Numbered from the stretch's first letter, positions 39,322-49,587 are shown. The stretch is DNA of 53,311 nucleotides from Candidatus Moraniibacteriota bacterium (GCA_041583775.1 JBFHFF010000009.1:1-53311), one strand, 5' to 3'. Numbers and translations are program-made. The notes: generated from the sequence alone by a model not told the origin.

Positions 39322-41082
39322 ATGAGCAAACTAAAAGGAAAGGAACAATTAGAAATCAAAAGACATAGTTCCGCACACATTCTCGCTGCTGCAGTCTTCG
39401 AAATGTTTCCTGATGCCAAATTTGCAATTGGACCTGCAATTGAAAATGGCTTCTATTATGATTTTGATCTTCCGCGAACACTGATTCCTGAGGATCTAGA
39501 AATTTTGGAAAATAAAATGAAAGAAATTATTAAAAATAATATTCCTTTTGAGAAAAGAGTAATCGATATAAATGAAGCCATTTCTCTTTTCAAAAAAACA
39601 AAACAAGAATATAAAGTAGAGCTAATTCAGGAACTGAAAGATGCTGGGGAAAAGAATGTGACAATTTATAAAACAGGACACTTTTTTGATCTTTGCACTG
39701 GCCCGCACATTGAATCTGCTGGTGAAATTGATTCCAATGCAATCAAATTGGATAAAATTTCTGGTGCTTATTGGAGAGGTGATGAAAATAAAAAACAACT
39801 TCAAAGAATATACGGACTTGTCTTTGCAAACAAACAAAACCTCAAACAACACATCCAAATGATGAAGGAAGCGGAAGAACGAAATCATCGAAAAATTGGA
39901 AAAGAGCTTGAATTATTCGCTAATATTCCTGAAATTGGGCAAGGACTCCCTGTCTGGCTTCCAAAGGGATATGCTATGAGAAGAGTTTTAGAGGATTATA
40001 TGTTAAGACTTGAAAGAAAATTTGGCTACGAGCACATTCTAACCCCAAATATCTACAAAAAAGAACTCTTTGAAATTTCTGGACATCTCAAGTTTTACAA
40101 AGAATCCATGTACAGTCCAATTGAAATTGATAACGAAACTTTCTATTTAAAACCAATGAACTGTCCTGCAGGAATGATGGTGTATAAAATGAAACCCAAA
40201 AGTTATCGGGAATTACCTTTAAAAATGGGTGAACTTGGAACGGTATATCGCTATGAGCGTTCAGGTGAATTACACGGCCTTCAAAGAGTTCGTGGTTTCA
40301 CTCAAAACGATGCGCATATATTCTGCACTCCTGAGCAATTAAAAGCGGAATTCGTTGAGGTATTAGAACTTCTTTTAAAATTCTATGCCGATTTGGGATT
40401 TAAGAACTATAAATTTAGACTCTCTCTTTCAGATGATACGAAAGATAAATATGTTGGTGACCGAGCGGATTGGAAAAAAGCTGAGGATACTATGCGCGAA
40501 GTTCTCAAGGAAGCTAAAGTCGATTTCTATGAAGAAGAGGGCGAGGCAGCTTTCTATGGACCCAAGCTTGATGTACAAGCAATCAATGTTTTTGGAAAAG
40601 AAGATTCAATTTCAACAATTCAAGTAGACTTCAATTTACCGGAAAGATTTGACCTAACATTTGTTGATAAAGATGGCGAAAAAAGAAGACCTTTTGTAAT
40701 TCACAGAGCTCTCATTGGTTCATTTGAAAGATTCTTTGCGTTTCTAATCGAATATTATGCGGGATCATTTCCTACCTGGCTTGCACCAACTCAAGTTGGA
40801 ATTCTACCAGTTTCTGAAAAATTTGATGCCTATGCGAAATCAATTTTCAAGGAAATGAAACAAGCAGAAATTAGAATTGAATTGTTCAATACCGATGACT
40901 CCCTTGGAAAAAGAATCGCAGAAGCAGTTAAACAAAAAGCACCCTACCTATTAATAGTTGGTGAACAAGAAGAAAAAGAAGGAACTGTCGCAATCAGAAG
41001 AAGAGGAGAAAGAAAAAATGAATCGATGACAAGAGAGGATTTTCAGAAAATGCTTCTCAAAGAAATTACCAATAAAAAATAG
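39322..41082 (+). CDS. thrS: Threonine--tRNA ligase (no N-terminal TGS domain)
   Basis: RHSSAH, DLCTGPH, LKPMNCP, GLQRVRGFTQNDAH, FYGPKLD, HRALIGSFERF. Confidence 0.98.
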   Translation: MSKLKGKEQLEIKRHSSAHILAAAVFEMFPDAKFAIGPAIENGFYYDFDLPRTLIPEDLEILENKMKEIIKNNIPFEKRVIDINEAISLFKKTKQEYKVELIQELKDAGEKNVTIYKTGHFFDLCTGPHIESAGEIDSNAIKLDKISGAYWRGDENKKQLQRIYGLVFANKQNLKQHIQMMKEAEERNHRKIGKELELFANIPEIGQGLPVWLPKGYAMRRVLEDYMLRLERKFGYEHILTPNIYKKELFEISGHLKFYKESMYSPIEIDNETFYLKPMNCPAGMMVYKMKPKSYRELPLKMGELGTVYRYERSGELHGLQRVRGFTQNDAHIFCTPEQLKAEFVEVLELLLKFYADLGFKNYKFRLSLSDDTKDKYVGDRADWKKAEDTMREVLKEAKVDFYEEEGEAAFYGPKLDVQAINVFGKEDSISTIQVDFNLPERFDLTFVDKDGEKRRPFVIHRALIGSFERFFAFLIEYYAGSFPTWLAPTQVGILPVSEKFDAYAKSIFKEMKQAEIRIELFNTDDSLGKRIAEAVKQKAPYLLIVGEQEEKEGTVAIRRRGERKNESMTREDFQKMLLKEITNKK

Positions 41083-41100
41083 TTGCTCTAAGAATTGAAA

Positions 41101-42228
41101 ATGGAAACTTATTTTATTAAAACCTTTGGCTGTCAAATGAATGAATCTGACAGCCAAAGAGTTGCAAGCGTTCTAATGTCCAATAGTCTCAAAGAGGTAT
41201 CGAAAATAGATGATGCTGATTTAGCGATTTTCACCACTTGCGGAGTTAGAAAAAGTGCGGAAGATAGAGCTTTTGGGCAGATACATAATCTTTGGGAGAA
41301 GCGACCAGAAACAACAATTGTTGTGACTGGCTGTTTAAGTAACCGAGAAGATGTAAAGCGCAGACTTGGAAAAAAAGTCACGCACTTTATCCAAATTAAA
41401 GACATTCTCAAACTACCCTCTTTACTTATGCTCCAAAAAGAAAGAAATCCTGCTAAAAACAAAGAGGCTGATTATTTAAAAATACTCCCGAGTTATAAAA
41501 ATAAAAATTCTGCTCTTGTGCCAATTATGACTGGCTGTAATAATTTCTGCACCTATTGTGTGGTTCCATATGCAAGGGGTCGAGAATGGTCAAGGTCTTT
41601 AGAGGAAATTATAAAAGAAGTAGAATTTCTAAATAAAAATAAATGTGAGGAGATTATCCTTTTGGGTCAAAATGTAAACAGCTATTCGTTTGAGTTAAAT
41701 AAAAACTCTGACTTATTAGAAATCAACAAACTGGTACTAAAAAAAACAAGTCCAATTTCTTTTCCAATTTTACTGGAAATACTAGCCAAGAAATTCCCCA
41801 ATATACTTTTTAGATTTCTCACTTCACATCCCAAAGATTTTTCTGATAGACTTATAAGCACCATCGCAACAAATAAAAATATTTCCAAAGAGATACACTT
41901 ACCAATTCAATCTGGAAGTGATAAAATTCTCAAAGCAATGAACAGAAAATACACTAAGAAACACTACCTTGGGATTATTAGAAAGATTAAAAATAAAATT
42001 CCTGAGGCAAAAATTTCAACAGATGTTATTATTGGGTTTCCAGGAGAAACTCTGGAAGATTTTAATGAAACAGTTGAAATTTTTAAAGCCGTGAAATACT
42101 ATACAGCTTTCACAAACAAATACTCTCCTCGCCCAGGAACAGTAGCGGAGAAACTGGAAGACTCAATTCCCTGGAAAGAGAAAAAAAGAAGAGAAAATAT
42201 TTTAAGGAAATTTATAAAAATAAGTTAA
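41101..42228 (+). CDS. miaB: MiaB-family radical SAM methylthiotransferase (no TRAM domain)
   Basis: TFGCQMNESDS, CNNFCTYC, LLGQNVNSY, HLPIQSGS, IIGFPGET, YSPRPGT. Confidence 0.85.
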   Translation: METYFIKTFGCQMNESDSQRVASVLMSNSLKEVSKIDDADLAIFTTCGVRKSAEDRAFGQIHNLWEKRPETTIVVTGCLSNREDVKRRLGKKVTHFIQIKDILKLPSLLMLQKERNPAKNKEADYLKILPSYKNKNSALVPIMTGCNNFCTYCVVPYARGREWSRSLEEIIKEVEFLNKNKCEEIILLGQNVNSYSFELNKNSDLLEINKLVLKKTSPISFPILLEILAKKFPNILFRFLTSHPKDFSDRLISTIATNKNISKEIHLPIQSGSDKILKAMNRKYTKKHYLGIIRKIKNKIPEAKISTDVIIGFPGETLEDFNETVEIFKAVKYYTAFTNKYSPRPGTVAEKLEDSIPWKEKKRRENILRKFIKIS

Positions 42229-42352
42229 TTCCTTGCCAATAAAAGCGCTTGAAATAAACTGGTTCAAAAGAAGAGGTCAAAAAAATTCAGTCCACATACA
42301 GTGAGCGATAAATGAAATAATGTCTTTATATATATTAATTGCTCTTCTCATA

Positions 42353-42383
42353 CAAAAAAACGGCCTGTGTGACCGTTTTTTTG
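42353..42383. terminator. Bidirectional terminator
   Basis: CAAAAAAACGG-N9-CCGTTTTTTTG. Confidence 0.75.
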
Positions 42384-42400
42384 TTATAAAAGTTATTAAA

Positions 42401-45106
42401 CTACTCTTCTAAATTACTATATTCCGTATTTCTAGAACTTGCGTTTGATTGGATATCATCTGGATTTGGCGTTGCTTCCTCTGGAATCTCTTCATTTTGA
42501 ACACCTGGATTAATTCCTGGTTGAGAGCTTTGCTCAGTTTTTTCACCAACTGCCGAACCTTCGCCTAATCCATCAAGAGCCCCTTTTCCGTTCTCAAGAT
42601 TATTAACGATTTTCTTTAAATCCTCATTTTCAGAATTCAATTCAAGAACAGCTCTAAATTGTTCTAAAGCACCTTTTTTATCCTTTTCCTTATCGAGCAC
42701 CAAACCAAGGAAGTATCTAGCATTAGCATAGTTTTCATCTAAATCCACAGCAGCCTTAAATTCTTTTTTTGCTTCATCAAAAGCCTCTTTCTTATAGTAG
42801 AAAAGCCCTTGTCTGAATGCAATACTAGCAACTGTTGGATATTGTTTTCTATTTTCAATTCCTTTTTGAATTGCACTGTCAATATTTCCCTCTCTTTCAT
42901 AGATCCCAACTGCCAAAAGATTAGCATCTGTATAATCTGACTTCAATTCCAAGGCTTTATTTACATTTTCTCTCGCCAAAGCCAAGTTCTTAACACTCTC
43001 CTCTGGAAGTTCTCCTTCCTTTACTGTTCCTTCATTTTGAGCATTTATAACAGCAACATCAGACAAAGACACATAGATACTTGCAATCTTTTGGTAAATA
43101 GCAGGATTGTTTGGATCCAATGCAATTGCTGACTGATAAGCTTCTATAGCCTTCTCATCTGCACCATCCATTGTCACTAAAACCCCTTCATATATCCTTG
43201 CAAGAGCAATGTGATTATCAACATTCAACTCACTTAGGTTCTTAGCTCTAGCAGCACTTTCAATTGCTCCTCGAATCAAACTGCTAACAACAGCTGATTC
43301 ATCTGCTGTTAATTTTTCGCCTTCACTTTCAGCAACTTTCTTGTTTGCTTGTGCAAATAATGCAATTGATAGATTTCTATAATATACATCACGGTTCACA
43401 TCGAATTCAACAGCTTTAACCAATTCAGCGTTTACTGTTTCTAAATCATTTCCCTTAGCATCTGCAACCAAAGCTTTATTGAAATGTGTTGCAGCAAAAT
43501 ATTTTTGACTCTCAAGATAAATTGATGCAATGAAACCAATGATAACCAAAACGAACACAAATGAAAGTGCCAATGATGATTTTGGAGAAGCTGAAGTAGT
43601 GACAAATTCTTCTTTTGCACTTTTATCATCTTTAAATCCAGAAAATGCCAAGAATAAGGCAAGACTAAACCACCATAAAAACATAATTGTGATATTGGAA
43701 AGATAAATAAACAACATTAACGAAACAAACAACCAAACCATCCCAACTCCCACCGCCATATAATCTTCCTTACCATTTTCACCATCTTTTTGTTTTGCTC
43801 TCTTCGCAACGCCCTTAAATAGAGCAAACACTCCTGAAAAAACCAAAAATAGGAAGGATAGTCCACCCAAGATTCCCGTTGTAGAAACTAATGTTAGAAA
43901 ATAACTTGAAGCACTGTTGAAATTAACTGCCCAGTAGTCGCCAAGATTCTCGGGTCTGTTTTTCTGATAAACAGTTGTATAAGTAGTTAGACCTGAGCCT
44001 ATCATCGGATTCTCTTTGATTGCATTTAGTGCAATTTTAGTTGAAGCGGAATGATTTAACAAAACTTCAATTGGTAGCTCTTTTTGAATTAAAGGTCTTG
44101 GCCTTAGAATCATTAAAATTGTTAACACAAGGAAAATCATTGGCAAAATTCTTGCTTGACCTTGAGCCTTACCACCATTCATTATTGTTGCTCCAAAAAG
44201 AAAAGCCATACAAATAATTAGTGCTATCCAAACAATTTTAAAATTGATTACCATCAAAATAAAGAAGAAGAAGAATGCTAAAGCTATTAAAACAATTTTT
44301 AATACTTTAGAAATATCACTAAGAAACATCGCCATAGAAAGCAAGAAAAGAGCTCCAACATATATTGCTAAGGCGTAAACTGAACCGACCGTATTAAAAA
44401 AGGGATTTTTTGCAAACTCCAACGGCAAAGCATGAATTTCCCAAATTTGCAAAATTCCAAATAAAGAAGTCAAAAAACCACTTATTAGAAACACAATCAC
44501 AACCCTCAAAGCCTCAGCGCGAGTTTTAATTGTATTTAAGACTAAAAAGAAAAAGGCCACGAAAAACAAAAGGGTTATTAATGAGCTTCCCTCTCCGCCA
44601 AAAAATCCCCACAAACTCTGTTCTCTATATTCGGAGAAGATTGTACTCAATCCAAGGATTGCAAAAAAAGTAATAATCGGCACTAAAATAAAATCTTTTT
44701 TAACCCTGATTTCATTTTTCCAAGCCATTTTACCAACCCAAGCCAAAAAACCAATTCCCACAACCACGACCAATAGCACCTGCTTGTTTAATTCCAAAAC
44801 TGATGGTACATTTGGTGCAAAAAATAATGGCATCATAAACACTGTCAAAAAAACAGAAGACTTAACAATAATATCGATTATTCTCATTGCTAAACTATCG
44901 GAGATATTATCACTGGCTCCAACCGACTTTGACTTATTTAAAGTTTGAAATTTATTAGGTTGGATTTTCTGCAAGGGATTGTTGCCTTGTTTTTGATTTG
45001 ACACAGCACCCAAATTCACACCGATTCTCTGTCCGTTACTTTTTTGTAGCACCTCTCCCGTAGGAGCGCCTTGTCTGATATCACTGTTTTTGTTTAAACT
45101 ATTCAT
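42401..45106 (-). CDS. O-antigen-ligase/O-oligosaccharyltransferase-like membrane protein with C-terminal TPR repeats
   Basis: Many TM helices with NPMIGSGL and STTGILG (Wzy_C-like); TPR motifs AIALDPNN, AVDLDENYANARYFLG. Confidence 0.75.
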   Translation of the reverse strand: MNSLNKNSDIRQGAPTGEVLQKSNGQRIGVNLGAVSNQKQGNNPLQKIQPNKFQTLNKSKSVGASDNISDSLAMRIIDIIVKSSVFLTVFMMPLFFAPNVPSVLELNKQVLLVVVVGIGFLAWVGKMAWKNEIRVKKDFILVPIITFFAILGLSTIFSEYREQSLWGFFGGEGSSLITLLFFVAFFFLVLNTIKTRAEALRVVIVFLISGFLTSLFGILQIWEIHALPLEFAKNPFFNTVGSVYALAIYVGALFLLSMAMFLSDISKVLKIVLIALAFFFFFILMVINFKIVWIALIICMAFLFGATIMNGGKAQGQARILPMIFLVLTILMILRPRPLIQKELPIEVLLNHSASTKIALNAIKENPMIGSGLTTYTTVYQKNRPENLGDYWAVNFNSASSYFLTLVSTTGILGGLSFLFLVFSGVFALFKGVAKRAKQKDGENGKEDYMAVGVGMVWLFVSLMLFIYLSNITIMFLWWFSLALFLAFSGFKDDKSAKEEFVTTSASPKSSLALSFVFVLVIIGFIASIYLESQKYFAATHFNKALVADAKGNDLETVNAELVKAVEFDVNRDVYYRNLSIALFAQANKKVAESEGEKLTADESAVVSSLIRGAIESAARAKNLSELNVDNHIALARIYEGVLVTMDGADEKAIEAYQSAIALDPNNPAIYQKIASIYVSLSDVAVINAQNEGTVKEGELPEESVKNLALARENVNKALELKSDYTDANLLAVGIYEREGNIDSAIQKGIENRKQYPTVASIAFRQGLFYYKKEAFDEAKKEFKAAVDLDENYANARYFLGLVLDKEKDKKGALEQFRAVLELNSENEDLKKIVNNLENGKGALDGLGEGSAVGEKTEQSSQPGINPGVQNEEIPEEATPNPDDIQSNASSRNTEYSNLEE

Positions 45107-45193
45107 TTTAACTTTTATTAAATATATTTATATTTCATTATAAAAAACACGCCATACTCAAATATTTTAACATCTATTTTTAATATTCACAAG

Positions 45194-45241
45194 TTGAATT
45201 ATTTATAAAAATAACATATAATAATAATAATAATAATAATA
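45194..45241 (+). repeat. (ATA)8 microsatellite overlapping a candidate -10 box
   Basis: TTGAAT-N17-TATAAT; ATA x8 at 45218-45241. Confidence 0.75.
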
Positions 45242-45274
45242 CTTTCTACTAAAAACTTTCAAAAATAAAAAATA

Positions 45275-45709
45275 ATGGAAAACTTGACAATAATAGCCAT
45301 TCCACTTATTGTAATGGCTCTTGCTCAACTCACCAAATTCATCATCTTTACAATTAAGAGTGGTGGAATTCGTTGGAATTATATCATGACGCACGGACAT
45401 ATGCCATCTGCACATAGTGCGTTAGCCACTTCTTTGATCACTACCATTGCATATTCCGATGGCATTGGTTCTGGCGAGTTTATGATTGCAGTTGTTTTGG
45501 GACTCATCATTCTAGATGATGCCCTTCGAATCAGAATGTATCTTGGAGACCAAGGAAGGTTTTTAAATATGCTGACTCAGACTCTAAACTTAGATCCAGA
45601 GAAATATCCAAGATTAAAGGAACATGTTGGCCACAGAATAAGCGAAGTTGTTTGTGGAATTATATTTGGATTTGTTGTTTCTTGGTTATTGATTCAGGTT
45701 TTGGTTTAA
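45275..45709 (+). CDS. Divergent PAP2 family protein (DUF212)
   Basis: AQLTK, GHMPSAHSA, DA..R, LKEHVGH...EV. Confidence 0.9.
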   Translation: MENLTIIAIPLIVMALAQLTKFIIFTIKSGGIRWNYIMTHGHMPSAHSALATSLITTIAYSDGIGSGEFMIAVVLGLIILDDALRIRMYLGDQGRFLNMLTQTLNLDPEKYPRLKEHVGHRISEVVCGIIFGFVVSWLLIQVLV

Positions 45710-45732
45710 TTTCTCATCTCGTAAAATATTTC

Positions 45733-45763
45733 AAAAAAGCCAACTTATCAGGTTGGCTTTTTT
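45733..45763. terminator. Bidirectional terminator
   Basis: AAAAAAGCCAAC-N7-GTTGGCTTTTTT. Confidence 0.8.
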
Positions 45764-45923
45764 ACTTTAATATTTTTTGCATTTTTTCAAACAGAAAACT
45801 AATTCTTCACCCCTAATACTCCACTGTCAGCGTCATTTTTGGAAAGTTGTTGGAAATTTTTTATAAACATAGTATTTTTATGTATTAAATAGCTATACTA
45901 TTTATTAATAATATTCTGGCGTT

Positions 45924-46922
45924 CTACTTTTTTGATCGTAGCATCAGCAAAACTACTCCCACCATTCTGTCTTTATCCTTAGGGTTACTTTCAGCAATCA
46001 AAAGTGTGAGTGCTGTCAATGCTTCTGGGGTGAGACTGGCATGCAAAATTTCAAATCTATGTAAAAACCACACAAAAGCAAATGCTCCACTTCTCTTGTT
46101 ACCATCTGTAAAAGGATGATTCTTTACCATAAAATAAAGTAGATGAGCGGCTTTCTCCTCGAGCGTCGGATATAAATCTTTTCCACCAAAAGCTTGCAAA
46201 ACATTACCAACAATTCCAGCAACCGCACCCGCATTTTTCTCTTGAGCGAAAAGTTCCGTCGCTTGTTTTTTGATCATAAGCTCCTTTTTGAATGAAAAAA
46301 TTGCTAGATTCAACTCCTCTGCCGTAAAAGATGCTTGTTTCCTAGTGACTCCTTTTTTTGGAAATTCTTCACTGTCATATGCATCCAAAGAAAACCAAGT
46401 ATCAGCAAAAGCATTCACCAATTCCAAGACTTCTTCCACTTTCACTTCGTTATTTTTCGGCAAAAGCGCTTTAACATCGGAAACAGCTTGTAAAAATTTT
46501 TCGTAATTTTGTGCAATACGGTCCTTATTAATTGTGTATCCAGCAACTAAGTGCTGTTTTAATATTTTTGTTGCCCAAATACGAAACTGGGTTGCTTGTT
46601 TTGAATCCACTCTATATCCAACGGAAATAATAACATCTAAATTATAGTACTCTATATCACGAGTTATCTTCCTTTTACCTTCCCTTTGAACTGTTGCAAT
46701 TTTTGCAACAGTTGCTTTTTCGCTCAACTCTCCCGCTTTAAGAATATTCTTTATATGCCTAGAAACAACAGAATTATCTCTACCAAAAAGTTCTGCTATT
46801 TGATTGAGGGAAAGCCAGATAGTCTCATTATCAAGTCGCACCTTCAAACCAACCCCTTTTCCAGAAGTCTTATAAATCAAAATTTCACCCCTGTTTTTTT
46901 CGTTTATTACTTTTTTTGACAT
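45924..46922 (-). CDS. RhuM-like domain plus Fic/Doc domain fusion
   Basis: ETIWLS..QIAELF, YYNLDVIISVGYRV..ATQFRIWAT; YPTLEEKAAHL, HPFTDGNKRSG. Confidence 0.9.
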   Translation of the reverse strand: MSKKVINEKNRGEILIYKTSGKGVGLKVRLDNETIWLSLNQIAELFGRDNSVVSRHIKNILKAGELSEKATVAKIATVQREGKRKITRDIEYYNLDVIISVGYRVDSKQATQFRIWATKILKQHLVAGYTINKDRIAQNYEKFLQAVSDVKALLPKNNEVKVEEVLELVNAFADTWFSLDAYDSEEFPKKGVTRKQASFTAEELNLAIFSFKKELMIKKQATELFAQEKNAGAVAGIVGNVLQAFGGKDLYPTLEEKAAHLLYFMVKNHPFTDGNKRSGAFAFVWFLHRFEILHASLTPEALTALTLLIAESNPKDKDRMVGVVLLMLRSKK

Positions 46923-46947
46923 TGGGGATATTTAATTAATCTTATGT

Positions 46948-47592
46948 TTAGATTTCCTGAGAATCATACTCCTCTTTCCACTCCACCCCTCCTTTTTCAA
47001 ACTCAACTTTCAATTTTCCTTTAACCATCCTCAGAACATCCAAAAGCTCCGGGAATTTTGCTACCGCCTTATCCGCATAATTAGCTATGAATTGTGGCTT
47101 ATCATATGTTTTATATCCACTTTCTGCAAGTTGTGTCAGCGTTTCAATCTTGTCTAGAGCTTTTATAAACCTCGCTTCTTTAGTCAGAGCTTCTTCATAT
47201 TCACTCCATAAACCAAAAATTTCTTCACCGATCTTCCCAGGAAGAGTTTTTTTCAATTCTTCGATTGCTGTTTTTTCTTGAGCATTTTTATCTTCAATTA
47301 AAACCTTTCCTTCTGCAATCAAAATTGCGTCAATGTCGCCCGTTAAAGCTTCGGCTATATCATGTACCAAGGCAATTTTTACAGCTCTGTTTATATCAAG
47401 GTCCAATTTCAACTCATCCGCAATAATAAAAGTTGCCAGTGCCAAGCGCCAAGAATGATCTGCGCTCGATTCCTTTCTACCAGAAGTGGTTTGGTTATAT
47501 CTCAAAGTTGATTTTAGCTTTTCAACCTTGTGCATAAAATCAAATATCTTTTCTAGATTTTCTAAATTACCGATTTCTTCTTTTTCCTGCAT
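46948..47592 (-). CDS. HD-domain phosphohydrolase (YfbR/HDDC2-like)
   Basis: LK..LR, ESSADHSWR, LVHDIAE..GD, ALDKIE. Confidence 0.9.
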   Translation of the reverse strand: MQEKEEIGNLENLEKIFDFMHKVEKLKSTLRYNQTTSGRKESSADHSWRLALATFIIADELKLDLDINRAVKIALVHDIAEALTGDIDAILIAEGKVLIEDKNAQEKTAIEELKKTLPGKIGEEIFGLWSEYEEALTKEARFIKALDKIETLTQLAESGYKTYDKPQFIANYADKAVAKFPELLDVLRMVKGKLKVEFEKGGVEWKEEYDSQEI

Positions 47593-47607
47593 AACTTCTT
47601 TTTAGAA

Positions 47608-47778
47608 TTAGTTCTTCCAATCGCTGATAATTATCTTGGAGGCTTTTCTTTTTATTACCAATTTTTGTCCCTGACGAATCCCCAATTCTCTAATAATCTC
47701 AATTGGGATTGTCACTGCATAACTCCCCGACTTTTTGTATACTTTTCTAATTTCTCTTTTTTCAAGCTTATTCCTCAT
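47608..47778 (-). CDS. Small AbrB/MazE/SpoVT-family DNA-binding protein (56 aa, below the ORF-track cutoff)
   Basis: MRNKLEKREIRKVYKKSGSYAVTIPIEIIRELGIRQGQKLVIKRKASKIIISDWKN; SxxVTIP..I..L...G..L signature. Confidence 0.85.
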   Translation of the reverse strand: MRNKLEKREIRKVYKKSGSYAVTIPIEIIRELGIRQGQKLVIKRKASKIIISDWKN

Positions 47779-47796
47779 AGCTTTTATTTTTAGAAC

Positions 47797-47840
47797 TTAA
47801 GGATATCTTAAAAGGTACCTTTTACAGTACCTTTATTATA
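47797..47840 (-). promoter_or_regulatory. -10 box and palindromic operator candidates upstream of the AbrB gene
   Basis: TATAAT (minus, 47835-47840); perfect palindrome TAAAAGGTACCTTTTA (47809-47824); extra half-site GTACCTTT; near-palindrome TTAAGGATATCTTAA. Confidence 0.55.
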
Positions 47841-47874
47841 TCGCTATTTTATACACAAATCAAACTTAAATTCC

Positions 47875-49587
47875 CTATTTCTTGAGATTTTTCGGAACCA
47901 TCACCTTTTTTAATACATACTTTAACTCCATCTGCTCTTTCTGCTCTTTCGCTAGTTTCTTCATTGCCCTACGATTACAATCACCTTTTTTCAAGATGTT
48001 TGACATCCACACACCACTAATAAGATGTGGCATCATCACATAATCAGCTCCTGCATCATACATTTCATTTAAAAATCTTCCATAAGATAGATTGGCAATA
48101 ATAATTGGCTTAGGATGTTTTTCTCTTACCATTTTTATCATAGTCAATTGACTGTTCGTGCTGGGCATTGTTGAGATTATCATTTTAGTTTTGCTCAATG
48201 GGAGCTCCGATAACAGTTCGACATCCGTAGCATCTCCAAAAAAATGTGGGATATTTCTTTTCTGCAATTTCTTTAGGGCTAATGGATCGAAATCAATCAC
48301 TGCGAAAGAAATTCCTCGCTCAGCTAATGATTCGCAAATTTTCCAACCAATCCTATGATAACCAAAAACTAGAACATCAAATTTTTGAATTTCATTCTTG
48401 GGGGTGAGACACTTATCCTTGCCAAACATTCTAAGTAACGGCTCAATTATTTTATATATCTGACTGTTGTATGTAATCAAATACGAAGAAGCAAAAATAG
48501 TAGTTAGTGCAACAAAAGTGAAGAGTGGTAAAAGATTACTATTCATATAACCTTGCTGCTCCACTACAAACAAGAAAACGAAACCAAACTCGCTTACTTG
48601 TGCAGCTGTTAGTCCGGCCTTGAAGCTTACTCGCCTAGTAAATTTCATTGTGCGATATAAGAAATAAAGGATGAAAGGGTTTCCAAACAAAACGAATAAT
48701 GACAAAACTATTCCTGGGATAACAACACCTCCAATGTTTTGGATTTCCATCTCGCTTCCTAGGATAACAAAAAACAGGACTATGAAAAAATCACGAATTG
48801 GACGAATACGACTAGAGATTTCGACTTGATAGACTGAAGAACCCAGTGAAAGACCAGCTATAATCGCTCCTACTTCCAGCGAAAGACCAACCCATTCAGC
48901 CAACCCGGCAATGGAAAAACACCAAGCAATTGTAAAAATTAGCAGAAATTCTCCTGATTTTGCAGCGGTGTTTATTAACCTCAAAATCAATTTAGAAGCA
49001 AAATAAACAAAAAGCAAAAAGGCCACACTTTTAAAGAAAATAAAAAAAAGCGAAACTACAAGAGAATCCCCATTTTTAAAGGCTGGCAAAAGAATAAGAA
49101 GTAAAATGGCAATAATATCCTGAACCAACATAAGTCCCATAGTATATCTACCATAAACAGTTTCCGTCTCCCTCTTCTCATTGAGAAGTTTCATTATAAT
49201 AATGGTCGAGGAAAATGTTATCGCAATTGCTAGATAGATCGAAAACTCTTGATCAAATCCCAAAGCTGATAAAATCAAAAAACCAAAAAAAGAAGTAAAC
49301 ACAACCTGACCAACCCCCGTTACTGTGGCTACGGTCCCAATTTTTTTCAAAAAGTGGAAATTCAAACTCAATCCAACCAAAAACAAAAGTAATATAACAC
49401 CAAATTCCGCAAAAATATGAAAATATTCTTGATTGCTATTGATTAGATTTAAAAAAACAGGACCAGCCAAAATTCCTGTTATGATGTAGGAAATAATTAA
49501 TGGCTGTTTTAGCAACTGAACAATAAACGCTATTAGAATAGTAAAGCCAAGAATGGCTCCGGTGTTTATAAAAATTGAATCAATCAT
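47875..49587 (-). CDS. Kef-type cation:proton antiporter with TrkA-N domain
   Basis: LLFLVGL, FSST, QD, QVSEFGF; GYHRIG, FGDAT, GADYV. Confidence 0.92.
   Translation of the reverse strand: MIDSIFINTGAILGFTILIAFIVQLLKQPLIISYIITGILAGPVFLNLINSNQEYFHIFAEFGVILLLFLVGLSLNFHFLKKIGTVATVTGVGQVVFTSFFGFLILSALGFDQEFSIYLAIAITFSSTIIIMKLLNEKRETETVYGRYTMGLMLVQDIIAILLLILLPAFKNGDSLVVSLFFIFFKSVAFLLFVYFASKLILRLINTAAKSGEFLLIFTIAWCFSIAGLAEWVGLSLEVGAIIAGLSLGSSVYQVEISSRIRPIRDFFIVLFFVILGSEMEIQNIGGVVIPGIVLSLFVLFGNPFILYFLYRTMKFTRRVSFKAGLTAAQVSEFGFVFLFVVEQQGYMNSNLLPLFTFVALTTIFASSYLITYNSQIYKIIEPLLRMFGKDKCLTPKNEIQKFDVLVFGYHRIGWKICESLAERGISFAVIDFDPLALKKLQKRNIPHFFGDATDVELLSELPLSKTKMIISTMPSTNSQLTMIKMVREKHPKPIIIANLSYGRFLNEMYDAGADYVMMPHLISGVWMSNILKKGDCNRRAMKKLAKEQKEQMELKYVLKKVMVPKNLKK

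Noticed and set aside
45203-45415. 70-aa ORF with a poly-Tyr run
   Set aside because: Translation artefact of the ATA microsatellite, antisense to the PAP2-like gene
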